Shown here: positions 49,910-61,036 of the stretch, piece after piece
Numbering within the stretch: position 1 is the stretch's first letter
Layout of the letters: the number at the start of each line of letters is the position of its first letter
Source of the DNA: Euglena gracilis
Taxonomy: Eukaryota
NCBI GenBank assembly: GCA_039621445.1
Contig: CP154954.1
Span: 25,246,954-25,310,953, forward strand
Reading direction: 5' to 3'
Length of the DNA: 64,000 nt
Made by a program: the position numbers and the translations under genes
Notes under the pieces: model-generated
Databases searched by the model: none
Told to the model about the DNA's origin: nothing
Seen by the model: the letters and a program-made list of their open reading frames with translations, nothing else

Positions 49910-50545
49910 ACCTCCCCCCATTTAAACCGACCCGTCGGTTTGGGACTTTTGGGTTGGCGGAAATCCTGGAGAGGGTCGGTTTGGACGGGGGGTCGGTTTC
50001 AGGGGGAGCACACGGCTGGCCGACGGCATGACGGAAGCGGGTTGATGTTAGCAAGCAATTTCAATTGGCAAATGCCCAATTTGGTCGACCAATTCCAAAC
50101 TTTGAGTGACAAATGCCTAACTTGAAATAGAAATTCTTAATTTTCAGCAGCAAATGCCGAATTTTGGGTGTAATATCCAATTTTTGGTTGTAAACTGCCT
50201 AATTTTGGGGGCAAACTTCAAATTTTTGGTGGAAAATGCCTAATTTTGTAATTTTTGGGTGCCAACACCAAATTTTCGGAGGAAAATGCCCAAATTTGAG
50301 GTGCAAACTGCAAAATTTGGATGCAAATGCCTAATTTTGGGTGTAAAATCCTAATTTTGGGTCATCAATAATAACCATTCAATGAGCATGGACGCTCTTT
50401 CTGTTGGCGGCTTCCAATATGTTGTGCATGTTTGTCATCCAACTTGCCATGTGCCATGTTTCTGTTTTTTGGTTGAAATTCTGCAATGGGTCGGTTTGGA
50501 AGGGTAGGTCGGTTTAGAAGGGGGTCGGTTTAAATGGGGGGGGGT
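49910..50545. mobile_element. MITE with ACC(C)n TIRs; TSD TTA (or TA)
   Basis: TTA|ACCTCCCCCCATTTAAACCGACCC...GGGTCGGTTTAAATGGGGGGGGGT|TTA. The empty site AAATCATTACCATTTTC is present at ~27737, ~34679 and ~41835. Confidence 0.9.
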
Positions 50546-52812
50546 TTACCATTTTCAATCAAAGCTGAATTTTTCAATCATTAATTTTCCAAAAATGAGA
50601 ATTTTCCCATCATTTTTCCTCGTCATTTTTCCCCACCATTCTTGTTTTCCGCCATTTTTGTCCAGATTGTAAGCTTTTTTACCTTTTTTTGCGCAATTGT
50701 GCAAACGGAGTGACACATTTTGTGTTTCAACCGTCGACGAGAAAAAGTGAGAATTGCCCCCTTGTTCAGGTGTTCGGCTGGGGTGGCCCAGCTGAATTTG
50801 TAGTGACCTCAGGGACATGCCCAAACCCCCGTTTTCCTATCTGGTGGCATGGTTTTGTCGATGTGCAGAAATCATGTTTTGTAGCCCGAGTATCACTGAA
50901 AACACGTGGTAGGCCCGAAAACTGAGGCGGCCGAATTCGCATTTAAGCTTATTTATGTTGATTGCGCATTTGCGCAAATTTCCGATTTTTTTCATTTCGG
51001 CTGTGTGGCTCCTGGGGGTTTGAAAACACGGCAACAACTGAGTGCAAAAAAATGAGCAAAATCCTGTTTTTGGCGGTGTGATCCCTGGGACTTTGGCGAA
51101 AAATGGTGTTTTGGGGGTCCAGCAATGGGCTCCGCACGTCGAAACCCCCGGGACCTCCCCCCCGGGAGTGTAAAAAACACAAAAAAGCGGAAACTGGAAC
51201 GGGACCATCACTGCCCTTTTTGCTCCTTTCGGCTGTTTCCCAGGGTGTCCTCAAACTGCCAGCGGTGTACGTTTCGGGTGTTTGCCAGACCGTCGGTGTG
51301 GCGTTTTTGGGTTGATTTGTTAAAGCACAGGGAGGAAGGACCGGGGTGTGTAGGTTTGATGTGACCAAGCCGGTGGCAAGAACGCAGGGGAAGGAAAGTG
51401 AGTGCGGGGTGTTTGGCAAGGGGTGTGCAGAGGGGAAGAAATAGGGTACGCGGGAAATGAAGGAGACGGGTGTCTCACACTCAATTTTTAACCGGGATTC
51501 ACACAACCAGTTTTGTTGCAAATAACCCAGCAGAAAAAGCGCAACCCTTGAAGGACATAGTTGTGTTTATGGGCGCGAATGCGCGCACAAACATAATTGT
51601 GTTGGTGCGCGCATTTGCATAAATGGCGCGACAAAGGGGCTGTGACGGTGCGAACGAGTGGGCCGTCCAGAAACATAATTTGGTGGGTTTTTCACATTGT
51701 TTGTCGACGGTGCCAGTTCATTGGTGCTAAAGCGTGCATAAACAAAAAATGTGTTTATGGGCGCAAATGCGCGCACCAACACAATTTGTTCATTGGTTCT
51801 GAATGGTCGATAAATGGTGTGACAAAACACTTGTAAATCGCTGGTGATTCTTGTGCATTAAAGCGCGTGCCACGTTGTTGGTGGGCACAAATGCGCAAAT
51901 TAATCACGTGCAGAAATTCCAGAATTTCACTAGTTTGCGCATTTGCACCCACCAACACCGTGCTACACGCTTTAGCACCGGTTGATGGCGATGTGTTGCG
52001 TGTGTGACAGCGCGAGCAATGACCAGCCCGGGAATCAATTTCCAGCGGGAAATTGATTCCCGATGGAAAGGACGGTGCCTGTATGCATCTTTGCATTCAT
52101 TGACGGAACTGCATGGCGAACGGTGGATATGGTGATTCACTATGCATGTAATGGCACGCCGGGAGAGGTCAATAAAGGAGGAAAGCAACGCGCGTGTGCG
52201 CAAACCAATGGCACCCTGAGAATGTGCGGGTGTGAAATGCTGTTGGGAGGGGGCCTGAAAAATGGCGTCCACCCCGCTGGCTCATTTCTCATGAACGGCA
52301 GGAGGACCTCGGTCGCCCGCTCCTACCGGGTGTATTGAGAAGGGGGGAAGGCTGTGGCATTGAGTGGGAGTCGGAGGTTGGGACCAGGTGCCGGCTGGGG
52401 GCTGGGCTGGTGGGTGTGCTGCTGTCCTCCACTGGGTTAGGATCTCCCCTCCCCCCAGCCGATGCACCCACCCAGCCGCTGACACACAGCCACTCCATAT
52501 AGCTCTGAAGACACCCCACCCCCTCTGCCGACCAGAGATTTTTTAAAAGTTTCGTGACCGTTGGGGGAGTGGGTGGGTCCCGGCCGAGCCCCCCCCCCCC
52601 TCAGGGTTGGGCCAAGTGGGTATCCCGGCAGGGGCAGGGTTTTCCTCTATTTTCGATGCACAAGATTCCTCTATTTTCTCGGACCCCAAAATTGGACCCC
52701 CCAAAGGTGCCCCCCACCCAGGGATGGGGTCCAGAACCTCCGGGCCCACAAAAATCTCAGTTCCCGACACAGGTGTCCTCAGGTCGGCCCATCTCGCTGT
52801 ACTGACAATCTA

Positions 52813-53203
52813 ACCCCCCCCCTAATAGTGCTGAAGGGCCAATAGAGCTGCTGGTCCAAATAGTGCTGCACCCCCAGCCGGATGAAGCGAGCGTCCAATA
52901 GTGCTGCACCCCCCCAAATGTGAAATGCGTAGAAGCTAGTGCAGCCTACTGCAGGCACCTTTTTTAATCCGCAGAGAGGGGAAAGGCAAATGCAATTCCC
53001 ACCCGAGCAACTCACAGAAGTTGTCCGAAGATGAACCACACGACCTCACTAGCCTCAGAGAAGGACATTGAGCAGACAAAAGGGTGTCTGTGGTGATAGA
53101 GGCACCCAGTCCAATAGTGCTGCGGGTCCAAATAGTGCTGCACCCCCCGCCGGCGGAGGCGGCCGTTCAATAGAGCTGTGGGTGCAATACTATTTGGGGG
53201 GGT
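52813..53203. mobile_element. MITE with ACC(C)n TIRs
   Basis: TA|ACCCCCCCCCTAATAGTG...TACTATTTGGGGGGGT|TTA, with repeated AATAGTGCTG subterminal motifs. It interrupts sequence homologous to ~31955-32050. Confidence 0.7.
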
Positions 53204-53499
53204 TTACTCCCTCAAGCCCACCTTCCACCCCCAGGTGGCTCACAGCAACGGTTCCCCGCCTAAATGACTGGCGTTGCTCCCCTGGGCCCGGTTGCCCTGC
53301 GCTCCAGCACTGCGCTATGCCCGAGTGCCCTGCGGCGCATCTGCTCCCATATAAGGTCAACGGTTGGCACTCATTGGCGGTGTCCTGCATCTATTTCAGA
53401 ACCATTGCTGCTTTTAGTTTAGTTTAAACTAAAGCAGTTTAATTTTAGGCAGCCAAGTATAATATGAATTTGTGGGGCTAGCGGCATAAGAATCGACAC

Positions 53500-53832
53500 C
53501 TGGAAAAGTGTCTCCAACAGAAATGTATCAAATTCAACGAAGACAGTGCTTAATTTGGACAAGCTGGAGGCTGCAGTGGAATCTTCATATGTGTGTCTTT
53601 TGCTTATTGCAACAAGTTCTGTTCCAGCTGGGACGGTGCACCTTTCAGTTCGGTTGTAGATGTTCTGTTGTGGAAATGCACGTGTATATACTGCTGCAGC
53701 GTTATACCAAATGTAATTGTTCAAATTTTCCAGTCCTAGTTTTACAACCTGGCTAGTTCCAATATAGTATATTCCCTGTTGGTGACCCATAACCCCCGAA
53801 GACAGTAAATTGACGATGAAGGAGGACAACAT
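53500..53832 (-). CDS. Candidate exon (unidentified protein)
   Basis: High-complexity open frame ...QQGIYYIGTSQVVKLGLENLNNYIWYNAAAVYTRAFPQQNIYNRTERCTVPAGTELVAISKRHTYEDSTAASSLSKLSTVFVEFDTFLLETLFQ ending at CAG|GTGTCG. The 5' part is homologous to the tandem unit (~30490-30545). The acceptor is uncertain. Confidence 0.4.
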
Positions 53833-53842
53833 GGGCCAGAAT

Positions 53843-54266
53843 CAGGCTTTTTCTAAAGCCTTTCAATCCCAGAGGGGGGGGGGACGCTAGCTATTTTGGC
53901 GAGTGGGAATTATACTGGACCACTTTGGGGGCTTCTGCTGGCAGGGCAAGCTAATGAATTTTTCTCCAGTATTTTTTTCCATTGGCCGGTGCGAAGTGCC
54001 GAGTTTTTTGAGACCCCCTAAAGCTGGTGAAAAATGCCATTGTTTGCCATTTTCGTGTTTTTTTGGAACAAAATCAGCCAAAAAATGTATTGAAAACCTT
54101 ATTTTTTACCTCGGCGTGCAGCAGCGGAAGAAATTTTTTTCCTGTTGGGGGGACCCCAGCCCCCCCTCCCCCAGGGGGAGGGGGATCCAGCTAGTCCATT
54201 TTTTCCAGTGTCTAGCAAAATGGCTGGCCACTGGACCCCCCCATGTGGTCCTTAAGCAGTTGCCTG
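53843..54266. mobile_element. hAT-type MITE, diverged family A
   Basis: CAGGCTTTTTCTAAAG...CCTTAAGCAGTTGCCTG. TSD GCCAGAAT/GCCAGAAA. Body shares GGAACAAAATCAGCCAAAAA with 8580 and 19169. The empty site GGCCGGAATGC is at ~30542. Confidence 0.85.
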
Positions 54267-55887
54267 GCCAGAAAGAAATGCTTCAATTGGGTGATCACAG
54301 TTTGACAAGATTGCAATGTATGCCCCACAGCATCAACGCCCTTAACTCAACGAAAGGAAAATGCATCCGGTGAACAACAGGCCCAAATGTGTGCTTTGCA
54401 GACGAGTTCAGAGGTATATTGCTCCGAAAAGCCTCTGTTTATAAGAGTACCATTTACGGTACAGACTGTGACTCCTTGCAAGCTGGTCAATGCTGGTTAT
54501 TAGCAAGGAACGTAAGAGCAACAAAAGTGACTGAAAATCGACATTGATCAAACTTTTTCCCTCTGACCCGGACCTAGCGTGGAAACTGTTCTCTACCCTC
54601 TGTACCCCCGACATGATACCTTTATGGGGGCAATTGGCAATAGCCAGTCGAGGAATGGGCCTGCCTGGCGTGGGACCACCCCGGGACACTCCCAACAATT
54701 GGGCTGTCGGAAAGCATTTCCCAAAGTAGTCCAGTGCTTCGTGCTGAAACCCATACCCGGTCCTGGGGGCCAGCTCCGGCCGGCCGGCTGGACAAAGGTG
54801 TTGGTTGGGGTTGGAGGCAGGCTTTAGTAAGGGCGGGGGGGGGGGGTTGGACCGCTGGTCCAGCAGGGTAGGGGGGTCCCCACCTTAAGAGTGACACGGG
54901 CTAGGTGACCGATTTTCAGCCTGGCGCAAAGTGCTGGGCCGAAAAAATTTCCAAAACGGCCATGAGTGCCAATTTGGGGACTTTTTGAGCAAAAATTTAT
55001 CAAAACATGCAAAAAATCAATCTGGATATTGCATAGCAGAAATGGCCAAAAAGACCAAGAATGGCCCAAGTTTTTCTGACATGATCCCTGTTGACTGTGG
55101 CCAAAACTGGCCCAAAATGGATGAAATCAATGGCAATGAGGCTCAAAATTGCCTGAAATGACTAAAATGGCCTGGCACCTGAAAAATAACACGTTTTCCG
55201 CAATTCTATCACATTGCTTCGCATATTTGATACACATTTCAGCGCTTATTTTGAATTTTGCTGTCAAGGCACAAAGTGTGGTTTTCTTAAGGACCTGGGG
55301 GGGTCCCGCCAGAAAACCAATGGCACCACCAGACGCCGGGTTTTCGGACAGAACCGGCGTCCGGAAAACCCGTGGGGGGGACGCCGGTTCTGTCCTGAAC
55401 CTGGCTTCCCAGACGCCGGTTTAATCGACAAAAATGGATGGAAAGCGCCCAAAATTGTTAACATTTAAGCCAAAAATGGCAAAACCTGGCGAACAATGCC
55501 AAAAAGATGTTGATGATGCCCCATTCATTCAAAAATGATGGCTCACCTCGTGGCTCATGGAAAAAATTATGGCTTAAAGGCCCCCAGGGGGAGGGGGGTT
55601 CAGGCTGAAAAAACCCCTGCAAACCTGCCCCCGTCCCCGAATAGGGTGATTTGCACCCCAAAAGAAGAAGGATCCAGGGGCATCCGTGCCATAGCTCCCG
55701 GCCAGCCTGCGGACCCACCCCCTGGATCCACTGGTAAAAGTTTGGACTTGCACAAAGCCAAAAGTCCCCAGCTATTTGCGCCGTAATTTCAATTGCTTTT
55801 TTGCTGACACTGTCAGAATCAATGCAATTGAAATCCCCGTTGGTTACCCTATTTTTTTCTACGGATGAAAATTGACTAGTTTTCATA

Positions 55888-56298
55888 CCCCCCCCCCCCC
55901 CTAGTCGTACGACCACCCCTCATTTATGACCACCCCCCGGTCACAGGTTGCAGGTCATGGGGGTGTTATGACCACCCCCCCCGGTCACAGGTTGCAGGTT
56001 GCGAAAAATTTAACCCCCCAAAATAAGTCCCCCCCCTGGCCGGTCCGAGCAAAAATCCATGAAATTGACCCCCCCAAAATAAGGTCCCCCCTGCCGGCAC
56101 GAAGCGCCGGATTTTTGAAAAATGGGACATTTTGGGGGGGTAAAAAATGCCAGTTTGGGACACTTTTCACACGCTTCTACGACCACCCCCTCATCTATGA
56201 CCACCCCCCGGTCACAGGTTGCAGGTTATGGGGGTGTTATGACCACCCCCCCCGGTCACAGGTTGCAGGAACCCGGTCATACGACTAGGGGGGGGGGG
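55888..56298. mobile_element. TA-TSD poly-C-TIR MITE
   Basis: TA|(C)14TAGTCGTACGACC...GGTCATACGACTA(G)n|TA. A subterminal ~90-bp block is directly repeated at both ends. Confidence 0.9.
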
Positions 56299-56776
56299 TA
56301 ATTTTTTTCTTAATTTCCGGGGAAAAAGCACAAAAATAACGAACAAAGAGGAACAAATTCCAAATTTTACCAAAACCGAAAGTCGCCAAAACAAAAAAAC
56401 GCATTTGCGTCCCCAGCTGCTTTGTGGCAGGGGTTAGCCGGGGTCAGCCGGAGGGGAGGGGTTACGGGGTCCAGGGGTTGGGTTTCCAACAAAAATGGAT
56501 CGGATCCTCGTTGGACTTTGTTTAATTGTTGGATGGGGTTGGGGGGGGTGGTAAAAAATGCCCCAAAAAGCCAAATACAGCTGGCTTGGCATTTTTCAGC
56601 AGATATTATGAGGCAAAATCCCCAAAACCTTCCAAAAATGACATTTTTTGGCCTTTTTTGACCCCTTTTCCCCAAAATTTTTGGCTTTTTTGTGCCGAAT
56701 TTTTTTCAGCTACCTAGTCCAGCTAGCACCTTTTTCCAGCAGGCGGCTGGTCCCCGCCCCCCCCCCCCCCCCCGAT

Positions 56777-56964
56777 CAAGCACCTCTGATGATGCTGGGC
56801 GATGCTGGGCGATGCTGGGCGATGCTGGGCGATGCTGGGCGATGCTGGGCGATGCTGGGCGATGCTGGAGTTTTTGAGACCAGAGGTGGGGTTCCGATGC
56901 TGGGCGATGCTGGGCGATGCAGGGCGATGCTGGGCCTAGGGGCATGGATGACCAGAGGTGCTTG
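56777..56964. mobile_element. Mini DNA transposon with an 8-bp TSD, composed mostly of (GATGCTGGGC)n
   Basis: TIR CAAGCACCTCTG / CAGAGGTGCTTG. Perfect TSD CCCCCGAT (56769-56776, 56965-56972). Confidence 0.88.
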
Positions 56965-59521
56965 CCCCCGATGGGTGCCTGCGTGGGTGTCCCCTCCGAA
57001 CTCTCACTCCAGAGGCATCCAATGGGCTGCGCCGCCTCGTGCCCCAGCACCCTTGCCCGTGCGGAGGCCCCCCCTGCCACCCTGGGGGCTGGCCCCCCGG
57101 CCAAGCGAAGCAAAGCGGGAGACGACCAGGGACCGGAGAACAGCGCCTTGAGCGAGCTGGGGCGGGCGCCGGGCGGCCGCTGGGAGACATATGGGCCGTG
57201 CTTGGGGCTGCGTTTTGGTCTCCTTTGGGGAACGGCGGGGGCCGTTCTCGCCCGCCCCCGCGCCCTCCGCCGGCCTCGGCCCCGGTCCCTGGCCACAGCG
57301 CCATGGACCTCGCTCCCTGCCGGCCGCGGTGCGCCGCAGCCCCGCCGCAGCAAGCGATGAGGCACCGCAGCCCCGGCGCCGCATCGTTCGACCGGCTGGG
57401 GCAGGTGGGCACGGAGCCCTCTCCCAGCCAGGCCTCAGGTGGCCAGCGGGCAAAAGGCTCGGTCGCCTCCAACAGACTTTGGCTCAGCCGCCGATGATCC
57501 CAGGGAATTAGCTGAGTGTTGGTTTTTTAGAGTGGGGATTAGACCACCCAGGCCTGGAGGAGGAGGGGTCCAGAACCCCTCCCAGAACCAAAAAGTATTT
57601 CCGGCACTTTGCGCCGGGGAAGGTAATATTTTTGGTTTGTGTTTTAGCCATTTTTTTTCAAAAAAACGCGATTTTGGGCTTTTTTTCAGCCCAAAAATGG
57701 CGCTTTTTGCTTGAATTTTTTTTGTAGAGGGACTAGGGGGCTCCAGACCCCCCCACTCCCCGCTCATTAAATACCCTGATGGCCCGTGAGTGAGGAAAAG
57801 CGTCTCAAATGGATGACTGACACATGACTTTTGTGAGAAGAAGCACATTGTACAAAATTGATCAAAATGCTTTTCCACTTCTCAGGAAAGGGAGTGAACC
57901 CCTAGCCACAAGTCTGCTGCAGTCACAGCCTATGTGGAAGAACCCAGACACATGGGCCTACAAATGAACACCGTCCAAATAGAACCAACTTCGAGGGAGG
58001 TGCAGAAATGAACGGGCCATCACAGGCAGGGGTTTGGTTGTTTTTTTTAAAACCTTCTGTGTAACCTCCCAGGCTTTTTGGACTTTTTTGTTGTTTATTT
58101 CATTTTCCCAATTATTTTATTTCGTAATTATTTTGAAAAATCGTTCTGGGGAGAGTATTAACACGTGCGCACATATGGAGCCCGTGGTGGCCGCCTCTCG
58201 CCTGTCCCATCCACCTCCGCCGGTTATTTGCAGAGGAGATTATCTGTCCCCCGGACGTCCAGGGTCACCCTCCGCGAAAGGAGCGGCGGAACGCCGTCAC
58301 CTTTGACCTCCCGGCGGAGCCCGGGCTCCACCGCGCCAAGGGGTTCCGCGACCTCCCGTTCGCCTTTGCCAGGGTGGCGGTCGTGGGCTCTGCTGTTTGG
58401 GACCATTTGTTTGTGACTTTGCACGGCTGTTTTTTTTTGCTTTTTTTGCAGTCCTTTTTTTGGAAAGCCTTGCTTTCATATTTGAAGGCGTGTCAGAACG
58501 TAATGTTGTGTTTGCGATTTTCCCCATACAGACTTCAGGTCATTAAATGATCAGATTCGTTCTAAAATCATACTGGAGAGTAAAAGGAAAGGGAAATTAA
58601 ATTGGTGCAATGCTGTTCAGTGTTGTCAAAATGACTGAAATAGGCGGGTGTTGAAGTTTTTTTTATAATATGTATTCCTACACAGTTTGAATTTTTCATA
58701 CTTTCATAATGAATTGAAAATTTTTCCAGCTGTTTGCATTTTTCCCTCCCAGTTAAATGAATTTTTTTTGGATAATTCACAGATTTGCCTGCTAACTTTT
58801 TTTTGGTTCCACTGGATAAATGCTTTTCATTATGCAACGTTCTTCATCATGCAGCACCATCAATGTTTTGAATAATCGTTCACATTTTCTTTCAAAAATA
58901 ATAACAGAGAGAAACCTGCTTCATCATGCAACAACAATAATGAAAAAATTGCACAAAAAGTGGAGATTTCAATTTCAATTGTTTGGGAATCCCAGTTGGA
59001 GGGACGTTTACACTGCGGGGAGTTCGTAACAGAACTAGCACGAGGCTTGATTGTTTTGCCCTCCTTTCGTTTGTTTTCCTTCTTTGACCCCAGCATACTT
59101 GCAGTGCCTTGTTGCACCACCCCCCCGCTGAGAGCAATCAAAAACACGGAATATGACGGGAAAGTCGCTGCGTGGAATTTCTTTGCTCCCACATCTATGT
59201 CTCACTCCTGCACACCGCATATGCTGCCTTTGCTGCATCTCGACCCAGGGCTGCAACCTTGTGACTGGGTTGTGCTGGGAAAGGGCGATGCCGGGACGCC
59301 CCAGCAGAGGCCACCCCCCTCCGCTGCGGTGCACGTCCCTGAGAAGTGGGCCGACCCCCGACCGCTGTCCTGCGCTACCCACAGTGTCCCGGTTCATGCC
59401 GTTGCCACAACGTTGTTTCGTGTCAGGTTTTTTTCCCCGGGGCCCAACAGCAAGATATTCAGTTGAGTTTTGTACAGAGGGAGGAGGGTCCAGACCACCC
59501 CCTGTTCCCCTGCCTTCGGAC

Positions 59522-61036
59522 CAGGCACCTATAGCTAAAATGGCCTAAAATGGCCTAAAATGGCCTAAAATGACCCTTTGACCCCCTATAGGTGGGGGTC
59601 CCTAAAATGGCCTAAAATGGCCTAAAATGGCCTAAAATGGGAAAAATTCTGTTACACAACAATTTTTTTTTGTGAACAACTGACGTCATTTGGGTAATCA
59701 CTTTCGGTGTCTTTTGTTACAGCCGGTTGTGGAATATGTATGAAAATCAAAATAACTGCCAACTTTCTCAATTGTAATTGGTCAATTATCTCTAAAACAA
59801 TTGCCAATTTTCTCCAAACAATTGTCAGTTTTCTCAAAACAATTTGCCAATTTTCTGAAAGCAATTGCCGTTTTTCTCAAGAATGAATGCCCTCGTGACA
59901 GTTGTGTTTGCAAGACAAGTTTCTGTTTCATAAGCGTCTCTTTCTCTTGCATCCACGTCTGATCCGAATAACGCTCGTCATGGGTACAATGTGTTGGCCG
60001 GGAGTTTGCCTAAAATGTGGGCCTGTCGGATGATCAATGGACACTTCTTTTTTTCTGATTATGAGACAACTGGCAATTGCTTTTGAGAAGATTGCAGTCA
60101 TACTTTGAGACAGTGGCAAAATTTTTGAGACAGGTGGCAATTCATTGTGAGTATCAGTATCACTCCCCATGGTCCCCAACGTTCTTTTGGTATTTGAATT
60201 TTGAAGGTTTGGACAGCTTGATTTTCTTCTTACTCCCATCTTTTTTGGTGCGCAACGATGTCTGTTTTGCAAAAAATGAACAGTGCAAATGTGGAAGTAT
60301 GGGGAAAAGACAGGGAAAGAAAGACGAAAGATGTTGGAAAAATCTCAGTTGAAAGATGTGCATGCTTATTTGTTTTGTTACGTACCAGGGATTCCTTCAA
60401 ATCACGATCCAGCACAATTTTGGGGAAACCACAAATAATCACGCCGAGTGATGAAGTGACCCAAACAACCACAAACAATTATGAATGAGATTCTCTCCTG
60501 TTTATGAACCTTTTAGTATAAGTTTCCCCAAAGGAGAAAACAAACACGGAGAAGAAGAATTGCTCTAAGCTCTCACATTGAATTTCACCATGCAACAGCA
60601 TCATCTTTCAGAAAAATGGCTTCTTTTTGCGAAATCCTGCAAAATGGCGTATATTTCACAAAATACAAAGATTTGGGCGCTTTTCTTGGTTGCGCAAATA
60701 TAAACTTTTAATATTTGTCAAACGTTTTTTTTTTAAAAATTTTCACTGCCATAATTTCTTACTGTTCAGAATTCCTCTATGGGTATGAATTAAGATTTGT
60801 TGATTGTGGTTGTGATACATTGTTTATGAATTTTGCATGCTTTTTTGTATGTACATTTTCTTATTACTGAATAAGAGAAGGTTTGCACACGTTATGATAC
60901 AGTTTTTGGGACAAAAATGACGAAACATTATGATTTTCAGAACCCCTTAAAATGGCCTAAAATGGCCTTAAATGGCCTGAAACGACCTAAAATGGCCTAA
61001 TATTATGAAATTTTTAGGCTTGACTATAGGTGCCTG
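59522..61036. mobile_element. hAT-type non-autonomous transposon, 1.5 kb
   Basis: Perfect 13-bp TIR CAGGCACCTATAG / CTATAGGTGCCTG. Perfect TSD CTTCGGAC. (AAAATGGCCT)n subterminal repeats at both ends. Confidence 0.93.

Larger units (their letters stand above)
25617..50920. repeat. Tandem segmental duplication, unit ~7.1 kb (copies start at 25617, 32434, 39584 and 46714; the last is partial and diverged)
   Basis: The anchor GAAGA(A/G)ACTGATT recurs at these positions (spacings 6817, 7150, 7130). Long near-identical stretches, and identical ORF-track translations recur in successive copies. Confidence 0.97.

Noticed and set aside
53833-54300. Removing MITE 53843-54266 to extend the 53.5-53.8 kb ORF as proof of splicing
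   Set aside because: Extra bases in the right flank put a TGA in frame after removal, so it does not demonstrate an intact spliced ORF.
54884-55291. TTAA-flanked segment (piggyBac or Kolobok candidate)
   Set aside because: No convincing TIR inside the TTAA sites.
55888-56298. Interspersed direct repeats resembling a CRISPR array (also 18770-18900 and 52820-53180)
   Set aside because: Spacers are irregular or non-unique, the repeats lie in MITE-like contexts, there are no cas genes, and the context is eukaryotic.
57501-57778. CAGGG...CCCTG-bounded segment
   Set aside because: Probably an old MITE (similar right end at ~61270), but the TIR and TSD are too degenerate to call.
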